A stretch of 6,468 nucleotides of DNA from Candidatus Iainarchaeum sp. GTDB lineage: Archaea > Iainarchaeota > Iainarchaeia > Iainarchaeales > CSSED10-239. The stretch spans positions 1-6,468 of the forward strand of contig CALBUD010000078.1 in the NCBI GenBank assembly GCA_937968065.1, read 5' to 3'. Under the pieces are notes generated by a model. It ran no database searches. It was not told the DNA's origin and worked only from the letters and a program-made list of their open reading frames with translations. The position numbers and the translations under genes were made by a program. This document shows, one piece after another, positions 1 to 5,690 of the stretch (within the stretch, counting starts at the first letter, position 1; each line of letters opens with the position of its first letter).

Positions 1-1659
1 TATGATGAAAATACATTTGCAAAACTTGATGGCAATGTGTCGATTGTAGACCTTACAAACTCTGAAACCTATTATGCAGATGAGAATGGTTTATTTTCAC
101 AATATTTAACAGATATTGATTGGAAAGAAAAACAAATCAATGCATATGTTTTAAGAAAGGTTGGTGGAACAACCACTCATACTTCAAGAAATTTACAATT
201 CTATTGGACTAACGAACACCACAATTATAATTTTATGCTTTTACCAATTGATTTAGGAGAAAATATTGAATTCTTAGTTAAAGATACTAATGATAATTTA
301 TGGACTAATAAATATGTTCAATTTTTAGATAGCGATTTAAATTTAATATCTTCAAACAAAACAGACTCTGAAGGTAAATTTACATCATACTTAAAAACTG
401 ATGGAGATTATAATGCTGTGCTTTACGATGCAACAGGAACTGAAGGCGATACCTATCAAAAAACAACAGTTAATGTAAAGAAACCAAAGAATGAGAAGTC
501 CTTAGTAGACATATCTCCTTATGATGTAGAAGTTGGTGGGCTTTTAATTTATTCATTATCTAACCAATCTGCTGCACAAACCTCAATTAATATCTTCGGT
601 GGAACCACTTCAACTTATGATTTCACTGTTGTAGATTATAATGCAGACCCTGTTGATAGAACTTATATTCCAAGAACTTATAATGTGAAAAATCCTTTCG
701 GTTCAAGCTACAACACAACCTATAACCTACAACCTTATTTAATAACTAAGGAAGATGGGGTAATTCCATCAATTGTGGTATATGATGAGCTAAAAACCCC
801 ATATCCAGGAATAACAGTTTCAATCTTCAAACAAATAGAAGGCACAACACAGCTTGTAGAACAGAAAAAAACAGACTCCACAGGTAGAACTTCATTTGTC
901 GGATTTCCATTAGACACTTATTTTGTTTATCTTTATGAAAATGGGACTTTAAAAGGGTCATATGAGATACAAGTTAGAGATACAGGAGAAACATTTTATT
1001 TTGTAATTTCAAGAGATGTAGATCAAGATGTAGTTTATAGAGGTCTAGATTTAAAATATTCTTGGAATAATACACCTGAATATGTAGACATTTCTTCAAC
1101 AGATATTGATCTTAATTTATCTGTTTATGCAGATTATTTAAATGATTTTAATATAATAAGTTATGAATTTAAAGCTTATCAAAACAATACCTTAAAAGAA
1201 ACATTAACAGGCGATTTATTTGGAACTTCAGTAACTATTACAGATAGTCTTAATAGATTAAATTATACTGCTGGAATGCCTGTTAAGATTGTAGCAAATA
1301 TAACTTTTGATTATGCAGGACAAACCAGAATTTTAAATATCCTAAAAACAATTAATGTTGATTCAAAAACAACTGGGCTTTTAACTGTTCTGAAAAACTT
1401 TCCTTCTAAAGTTGGTGTTTTATGGACAATCATTTTATCCATTTTAATAACCATCTCAATTTTAGTTTTGTTTGGAACTTCGGACTTTGTGTCTAAAGAT
1501 TATTTAATGTATGTAGGTTTATTTATATTAGGTTTCTTTGTGTTTATTGGATGGTTTGCAACTGGTGTTGAGGTTTTCGGTATTGATTCAATGTGGTTTA
1601 TATATATAGTAACTGTAATTGCAAGTGTAGGCTTTGCATTACAAGATAGTCAGAGGTAG
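1..1659 (+). CDS. Large surface/adhesin-like structural protein, probably 5'-partial: beta-sandwich ectodomain with a C-terminal triple-TM anchor
   Basis: Frame 1 is open from base 1 (YDENTFAKLDGN precedes the GTG at 37), and there is no convincing SD before 37. The first in-frame ATG is only at codon 67. There is no N-terminal signal peptide even though the body looks extracytoplasmic, so the true start probably lies upstream of the window. Two CarboxypepD_reg-like segments (nt 265-483 and 772-975) carry TDSEGKF and TDSTGRTSF motifs. The last 80 aa (nt 1417-1656) form three hydrophobic helices: VLWTIILSILITISILVLFG, YLMYVGLFILGFFVFIGWFA and MWFIYIVTVIASVGFAL. The stop is TAG at 1657-1659. 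Confidence 0.85.
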   Translation, partial: YDENTFAKLDGNVSIVDLTNSETYYADENGLFSQYLTDIDWKEKQINAYVLRKVGGTTTHTSRNLQFYWTNEHHNYNFMLLPIDLGENIEFLVKDTNDNLWTNKYVQFLDSDLNLISSNKTDSEGKFTSYLKTDGDYNAVLYDATGTEGDTYQKTTVNVKKPKNEKSLVDISPYDVEVGGLLIYSLSNQSAAQTSINIFGGTTSTYDFTVVDYNADPVDRTYIPRTYNVKNPFGSSYNTTYNLQPYLITKEDGVIPSIVVYDELKTPYPGITVSIFKQIEGTTQLVEQKKTDSTGRTSFVGFPLDTYFVYLYENGTLKGSYEIQVRDTGETFYFVISRDVDQDVVYRGLDLKYSWNNTPEYVDISSTDIDLNLSVYADYLNDFNIISYEFKAYQNNTLKETLTGDLFGTSVTITDSLNRLNYTAGMPVKIVANITFDYAGQTRILNILKTINVDSKTTGLLTVLKNFPSKVGVLWTIILSILITISILVLFGTSDFVSKDYLMYVGLFILGFFVFIGWFATGVEVFGIDSMWFIYIVTVIASVGFALQDSQR

Positions 1660-1667
1660 ATATTAAT

Positions 1668-2123
1668 ATGGATTTAACAATAGGAAATGTATTTGCATTT
1701 TTAATAATATTATTTACAATTAATGGTTTAACTGTTGGTCTTGGGCTTAATGATACTTCTTGGATTGAAAAGAATAATCCTTTCGGTCAAGATGTAAATT
1801 TTTCAAATTTTGAAGATGAATATCAATCAAGCACAATTACAGTTATTGGGACACAAGACCCAGAAGAAACAGACTCTGCTACTACAGACCAATCTATTAT
1901 AACTGGTGTGCCATACACAACTAACATCACAACACAAGCTTCAACTTTTAAAAACTTAATCACTGGGTTATTATTTGGTTATTCAGCACTTATCTTTGTG
2001 CTTCCAATCGGTATGGTTTTAAGTTTTGTTTTAGTTGGAATAATTGGTTTTTTACAATTTGCTGCATTACTATATGTCTTTTTATATATCTTCTCAATTA
2101 TTAGAGGTGGTGGTGGGATATGA
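1668..2123 (+). CDS. Membrane protein with an N-terminal signal-anchor, a Thr/Asp/Glu-rich linker, two C-terminal TM helices and a GGGG tail
   Basis: ATG at 1668 is preceded by GAGGT at 1653-1657, which overlaps the upstream stop. The N-terminal hydrophobic segment is NVFAFLIILFTINGLTVGLGL. The linker is Thr-rich (TQDPEETDSATTDQSIITGVPYTTNITTQAST). The C-terminal hydrophobic hairpin is LITGLLFGYSALIFVLPIGMVLSFVLVGIIGFLQFAALLYVFLYIFSII. The stop overlaps the next start (ATGA at 2120-2123). Confidence 0.85.
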   Translation: MDLTIGNVFAFLIILFTINGLTVGLGLNDTSWIEKNNPFGQDVNFSNFEDEYQSSTITVIGTQDPEETDSATTDQSIITGVPYTTNITTQASTFKNLITGLLFGYSALIFVLPIGMVLSFVLVGIIGFLQFAALLYVFLYIFSIIRGGGGI

Positions 2124-2413
2124 TGCTTTCTCTTTTAACAACTACAACTGTAGGCACAACTTTTGAGCAATTGGCTTTTGGTATATTTGGGTCTGCAGAA
2201 CTATTTGGTTTTTTAGCTATAATTGTTATGATGATAATTATGGGTGTTTCAAAACTTCCTGCTAGATTTATGTTAATGGTTGCAACATTTATGGTAGTTG
2301 CTTTTAAATTTGTGTATGGTGGGGTTATATTTAATACATTAACAGTAATAATATTAATAATTTATGGGTATCTAATCTCAAACTTATTAATAAAAACATT
2401 TTCTCAAAGATAA
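2120..2413 (+). CDS. Small, very hydrophobic protein with three TM segments (candidate virion membrane or capsid-type protein)
   Basis: ATG at 2120 (with a second ATG at 2123) follows a strong SD, GAGGTGGTGGTGGG, at 2104-2117. It overlaps the upstream gene by 4 nt. About three hydrophobic segments fill nearly the whole 97 aa. Confidence 0.8.
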   Translation: MMLSLLTTTTVGTTFEQLAFGIFGSAELFGFLAIIVMMIIMGVSKLPARFMLMVATFMVVAFKFVYGGVIFNTLTVIILIIYGYLISNLLIKTFSQR

Positions 2414-2416
2414 CTT

Positions 2417-2617
2417 ATGGCAAAAACAGATAGATTTTATGAATTTAAATCAGATATCTTAAAGGATTTTGCAAGATTTCCAGATAATAAGATATCTGCA
2501 AGGAAGTTTGTATCTCTAAGATTAAGAGATTTAAATAATCAATACAAAAAAGAGAAATCTGTTAGAAAAAAAGCTGTTATTAAAAAAATAATTAAATTTT
2601 ATAAGGAAGTGAAATAA
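2417..2617 (+). CDS. Small Lys/Arg-rich protein, possibly nucleic-acid binding
   Basis: This 66-aa ORF starts 3 nt after the upstream stop and has no obvious SD. It is highly basic, especially at the C-terminus (KKEKSVRKKAVIKKIIKFYKEVK). The gene is packed tightly in the operon. Confidence 0.7.
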   Translation: MAKTDRFYEFKSDILKDFARFPDNKISARKFVSLRLRDLNNQYKKEKSVRKKAVIKKIIKFYKEVK

Positions 2618-2618
2618 A

Positions 2619-2885
2619 GTGGTTTGGAAGATTGTAAGAAGGAAATTTACTGCATTAAAATATGAAAGGGGTTCTCCTCAAAGAAGGCAGTTAAATAGGA
2701 GTTCTTTAACCTCTGAATTTGCAAGAAGAAAGCCTTGGCTTGTAGTTGATGAAAAAGATAAACCTCTTAAATCATTTGAAACTGTTAGTCAGGCAAGATT
2801 GTTTATTGATAATCCTAAACAATTTTCATTTAATACAGATGTTAGAAAATACACTCCTGAAGATTTTAAAAAAGAGTCTTGGTAA
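2619..2885 (+). CDS. Small basic protein with a GTG start, function unknown (weak AP2-like beta-sheet/helix pattern)
   Basis: GTG at 2619 lies 1 nt after the upstream TAA. The SD-like GGAAGTGA at 2605-2612 is 6 nt upstream. There is no internal Met, so a non-ATG start is required. The N-terminal half is Arg-rich (KIVRRKF, PQRRQLNR, ARRKPW). Confidence 0.65.
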   Translation: MVWKIVRRKFTALKYERGSPQRRQLNRSSLTSEFARRKPWLVVDEKDKPLKSFETVSQARLFIDNPKQFSFNTDVRKYTPEDFKKESW

Positions 2886-2927
2886 CCTTTAATACTTATT
2901 GGTAAATAAGAGGGGGTGCTTTCAAGA

Positions 2928-2984
2928 ATGAGAAGAAAAAAAGTTTGTAAAAGAAAAACTGTTAGAAAGAAAAGAAAGAAATAA
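2928..2984 (+). CDS. 18-codon Arg/Lys-rich micro-ORF (MRRKKVCKRKTVRKKRKK): a protamine-like peptide or a regulatory uORF
   Basis: It is not in the ORF track. ATG at 2928-2930 is preceded by the strong SD AGGGGGTG at 2911-2918 (9-nt spacer). I read the codons through to TAA at 2982-2984. The SD of the next gene (GTGGT, 2985-2989) starts directly after this stop. The micro-ORF occupies most of the only sizeable gap in the plus-strand operon. Confidence 0.35.
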   Translation: MRRKKVCKRKTVRKKRKK

Positions 2985-2994
2985 GTGGTTTTTT

Positions 2995-4152
2995 ATGATT
3001 TCAAAGAGAGCAAGAGATTATCTTGCGATGATCTTATCATCAATTGTATTTTATATACCTTTGTTTTTAAGATCTTTTAATTATCCATTTATAGGGAATG
3101 ATTCTTATTATTTTTTAAACTATATTTTTTATGATGTCCCTTTGCATGTTTCTTCTTTTGTTCAGGAATTTATATTTGGTTTGTTTCCTACAAATATATT
3201 TGTGATTAAACTTATAATGCTTATAACAACTATTATTAGTTTATTTATATTTTATGAAACTGTTGAACTTATAAAAAAGAATAGAGGTCTTTTAGCTTCA
3301 TTATTTTTATTATGTTATTTTTGGTTCAGTTGGATTTTTATTAAGTTTGAAGATGATTTATTTGGGTTTCCATTTATAATGTTAAGCTTGTATTTTTTAA
3401 TTAAATATCTGTATTCAGATACTAAAAAGAAATATTTAGATAAAAACATAATTTTTAGTTTATTCTTTTTATTAATTGGGGTTTTAATTTGGAATTTTGC
3501 AGTTTATTATTTAATTGCTTTTTTATTCATATCACAATTTCATAGGTTATACATTTTTTCAAATTTATGTCTTTTACCATTTTTACCAAAATTAATAAAT
3601 GGGGTGATGCCTTCATTTCTAATTTCTGAAAATTTCCCAATAAAAGGTTTGTTGGTTTTGATGTTATTTTCATTTTTATACTTTAAAGAATTTAGATTAA
3701 GAGAAACTTTTGTTGCATTAATTGTTTTTTCAGCCCTAACTTTGATAAATACTAAATTTATCTATATAACAATACCTATTTTACTTTTAAATATGTCTAA
3801 CCTTGCCTTAAACAACAATCAAAAGTTAAAAAAAGCCATAATATTTCTATTAGTGTTATTTTTTAGTATAGCTATGTATCAAAATATAATTACCTATCCA
3901 TCTTCTAATGAGTATGAATTAGTTAGTATAGCCCAACAACTTGAAAAAGACACTTATAAAGATATATACTTTCAATGGTCATTAGGTTATTTTGGGATTT
4001 GGCATAATTTTGATGTAAATCACTTTGGAACACCTCCAAAAAATGAAATTTATTATAAAAATAAGATAATTTTAACAGTTAATGGAGATAAAAAAATAGA
4101 ATCTTGTAAAATAATAAAAAAGAGCAAGTGGATTACACTTGCAGAATGTTAA
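2995..4152 (+). CDS. Polytopic membrane protein (about 10-11 TM) with a C-terminal soluble domain: GT-C-fold glycosyltransferase-like (ArnT/PMT_2-like architecture)
   Basis: This is a 385-aa ORF with ATG at 2995 and SD GTGGT 5 nt upstream. The first loop after TM1 contains GNDSYYF, an acidic/aromatic motif positioned like the D-x-x-Y loop motif of GT-C enzymes. A run of hydrophobic helices extends to about aa 300, followed by about 85 aa of polar C-terminal domain. I am confident it is a CDS but have low confidence in the function. Confidence 0.85.
   Translation: MISKRARDYLAMILSSIVFYIPLFLRSFNYPFIGNDSYYFLNYIFYDVPLHVSSFVQEFIFGLFPTNIFVIKLIMLITTIISLFIFYETVELIKKNRGLLASLFLLCYFWFSWIFIKFEDDLFGFPFIMLSLYFLIKYLYSDTKKKYLDKNIIFSLFFLLIGVLIWNFAVYYLIAFLFISQFHRLYIFSNLCLLPFLPKLINGVMPSFLISENFPIKGLLVLMLFSFLYFKEFRLRETFVALIVFSALTLINTKFIYITIPILLLNMSNLALNNNQKLKKAIIFLLVLFFSIAMYQNIITYPSSNEYELVSIAQQLEKDTYKDIYFQWSLGYFGIWHNFDVNHFGTPPKNEIYYKNKIILTVNGDKKIESCKIIKKSKWITLAEC
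4108..4142 (-). terminator. Candidate intrinsic terminator of the minus-strand operon, embedded in the 3' end of the plus-strand CDS
   Basis: The inverted repeat is GCAAGTG (4124-4130), loop GATTA, and CACTTGC (4136-4142). On the minus-strand RNA the hairpin is followed by UCUUUUUUAUUAUUUU. The hairpin begins 10 nt downstream of the minus-strand stop at 4153-4155. Confidence 0.4.
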
Positions 4153-4410
4153 TTATTTAATTTTACTTTTAATTATTTTTAGCTCTTCAATAGTTTTGTA
4201 ATATTTATTTTTAGTTATTACTAAAGCACTGACAGCTAAAATTAGAACTAAAGATAATAATTGTATACTATTCAATGTAACCATAAAGGTAATTCCAAAA
4301 AGACTAAGCAAAAGTAAAATAACCATATTGATATTAGAATTTTCTTTTCTAAGTTTTAAAATTCCTTCATCAATGTATTCTTTTTCTTTTTTTATATATT
4401 TTTTATTCAT
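4153..4410 (-). CDS. Small TM-hairpin protein with charged termini, the last gene of the minus-strand operon
   Basis: This is an 85-aa ORF. ATG at 4410 is preceded by GTGATC (4415-4420). Two adjacent hydrophobic helices (MVILLLLSLFGITFMV and LLSLVLILAVSALVI) are flanked by Lys/Glu-rich N- and C-termini. Confidence 0.75.
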   Translation of the reverse strand: MNKKYIKKEKEYIDEGILKLRKENSNINMVILLLLSLFGITFMVTLNSIQLLSLVLILAVSALVITKNKYYKTIEELKIIKSKIK

Positions 4411-4416
4411 TCAAGA

Positions 4417-4872
4417 TCACTTTTTCTTTAAAAGTCCAAGTTTTTCTAAAACAGATTCATTATTTGTTTCTTTCATTTTTTGTTTGAATTTGTTTTGTTC
4501 ATATTCCTCTGCTTCTTCTTCTAATGTTTTCTTGTTTTCTGAATCTTCTTTTTCAAGTTCTAATTGTTTTCTCATTGTTTCTTGTTCTTTTTTAGTTGGT
4601 TTTTCAATTTCAATTTCTTCTGGTTCTTCTGGTTCTTCTTGAGATGGATTTATGTTCAATAATTGAAATATCTTTGTATATAGTTCAGTGTCTTGTAGAT
4701 ATCTTTGATAAATTGTATTAATTGAAAGAATTACAGAATCTTGTTCTTGAATATTACTTTCAAGTAGCTTTTGTAAAGCCTCATATGTTTTGATTTTATC
4801 ATCAATATCTTCTTTTATATAGATTATTATCTCCAATAGCATTTGTTTAGAAATTTGTGGTGTTTGTTCCAT
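4417..4872 (-). CDS. Acidic E/K-rich helical protein of unknown function
   Basis: This is a 151-aa ORF. ATG at 4872 is preceded by a near-perfect SD, AAGGAGTGAT (4878-4887), with a 5-nt spacer. The C-terminal half is charged low-complexity sequence (EEPEEPEEIEIEKPTKKEQETMRKQLELEKEDSENKKTLEEEAEEYEQ). Confidence 0.85.
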   Translation of the reverse strand: MEQTPQISKQMLLEIIIYIKEDIDDKIKTYEALQKLLESNIQEQDSVILSINTIYQRYLQDTELYTKIFQLLNINPSQEEPEEPEEIEIEKPTKKEQETMRKQLELEKEDSENKKTLEEEAEEYEQNKFKQKMKETNNESVLEKLGLLKKK

Positions 4873-4878
4873 TAACTA

Positions 4879-5223
4879 TCACTCCTTATTTATTTTTATT
4901 GTGTAATTTGTTTTGTTTTCTTGTTTTGTTACAGTTATTATTGTTTCAATAACTGCATTATTTACATCAATTTTACTTAAAATAGGTTTAAGTTCTTTTA
5001 AAAATTCTGCATATAAATAATTAGTAAACATTACATATTTACCTTCTTGATTTTTAAGCTTGAATTTTTGAAAATATATTTTTTTATCCTCAAAATCATA
5101 AGAACCTTTCTCTTTAGAATTTAAATCTAATAATAGAATGTGTGTTCCTTCAGTTAATTCATACTTATTAGATAGATCTAATTCTTGTTTTTTGATATCA
5201 TTTTTTATTTCTTCTAGACTCAT
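4879..5223 (-). CDS. Hypothetical protein, beta-rich soluble, 114 aa
   Basis: ATG at 5223 is preceded by GGGTGA (5231-5236) with a 7-nt spacer. It overlaps the upstream gene by ATGA (5220-5223). I recognise no motif. Confidence 0.8.
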   Translation of the reverse strand: MSLEEIKNDIKKQELDLSNKYELTEGTHILLLDLNSKEKGSYDFEDKKIYFQKFKLKNQEGKYVMFTNYLYAEFLKELKPILSKIDVNNAVIETIITVTKQENKTNYTIKINKE

Positions 5224-5531
5224 TTTTTATTCACCCTTTTTTTTTCAAAATATTCTTTAAATTTTTCATTTGTATAGATATATTGATTTACATCAAAAGA
5301 TTTTTCTCTATAATTAAAATCAATAAACTCATAAGATATTAATTTATTTACATATAAATTAGCTAAATTATTAACACTTGAATCAATATAATAACTAGTT
5401 GTTCCTTTATAACCAATTACTATTCTTTTTCGGTTAAATTTCTCAATATAGTCAATGTTGTCTATATTGAAAGAAACAATTTTAGTTTTCCACAAAATAG
5501 TGTCTTCCAACTCTATGTATTTACTCATCAT
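5220..5531 (-). CDS. Hypothetical protein, 103 aa
   Basis: A tandem ATG ATG at 5531/5528 directly follows the upstream TAA (5532-5534). The SD GGTGG (5535-5539) lies inside the upstream gene's last codons. Its spacing favours the second ATG. I recognise no motif. Confidence 0.8.
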   Translation of the reverse strand: MMSKYIELEDTILWKTKIVSFNIDNIDYIEKFNRKRIVIGYKGTTSYYIDSSVNNLANLYVNKLISYEFIDFNYREKSFDVNQYIYTNEKFKEYFEKKRVNKK

Positions 5532-5690
5532 TTACCACCTTTCTCTTATTTGTATATCACAGCCATTAGCTGAATAAAACATTACTGTGTTATAGATAAA
5601 CTTTCTATCTCCAGTAAAGCTTAGTATTTTAGTTTTCTTATTAGGAAAAACTACCTTTGCTTCTGCATAAATAATACCATCATTTATCAT
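5532..5690 (-). CDS. Small hypothetical protein, start re-assigned to ATG at 5690
   Basis: The track ORF begins at GTG 5729, but that start has no SD and overlaps the RHH ORF by 50 nt. AGAGGT at 5698-5703 sits 7 nt upstream of the in-frame ATG at 5690 (MINDGIIYAEAK...). That start gives an 11-nt overlap (ATGATAAATGA) with the RHH ORF stop. Confidence 0.7.
   Translation of the reverse strand: MINDGIIYAEAKVVFPNKKTKILSFTGDRKFIYNTVMFYSANGCDIQIRERW

Noticed and set aside
735-917. 60-aa minus-strand ORF from the track
   Set aside because: It lies entirely inside the well-supported 540-aa plus-strand CDS and has no SD. Its composition looks like antisense read-through, so it is a shadow ORF.
1668-1730. 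Possible type IV pilin-like (class III) signal peptide in the 151-aa protein (MDLTIG/NVFAFLIILF)
   Set aside because: A Gly does precede the hydrophobic stretch, but the usual charged residue at position -2 is missing and the overall context is weak. I treat it as a generic signal-anchor.
2895-2910. Small hairpin CTTATT-GGTA-AATAAG after the 88-aa gene, considered as a possible terminator
   Set aside because: It has only six mostly A/T base pairs and no following T-tract. Chance occurrence is likely in sequence this AT-rich. The nearby TTTAATAC (2888-2895) is TATA-like, but the implied start would cut off the micro-ORF's SD, so I did not call it.
3231-3239. TTATAACAA, a 9/10 copy of the operator half-site, inside the GT-C-like CDS
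   Set aside because: It is a single half-site without a partner arm, inside coding sequence, in an AT-rich background. It is most likely coincidence.
4151-4180. Direct repeat AATTATTT(TT) at 4151-4158 and 4171-4180
   Set aside because: It is explained by repeated Lys-Ile-Lys codons at the C-terminus of the 85-aa minus-strand protein (..KIIKSKIK). It is not an independent DNA element.
4328-4642. 104-aa plus-strand ORF rich in Ser and Phe
   Set aside because: It is the antisense of the E/K-rich region of the 151-aa gene and of the start of the 85-aa gene. GAA/AAG codons read backwards give TTC/CTT. It is low-complexity, has no SD and straddles two real genes, so it is a shadow ORF.
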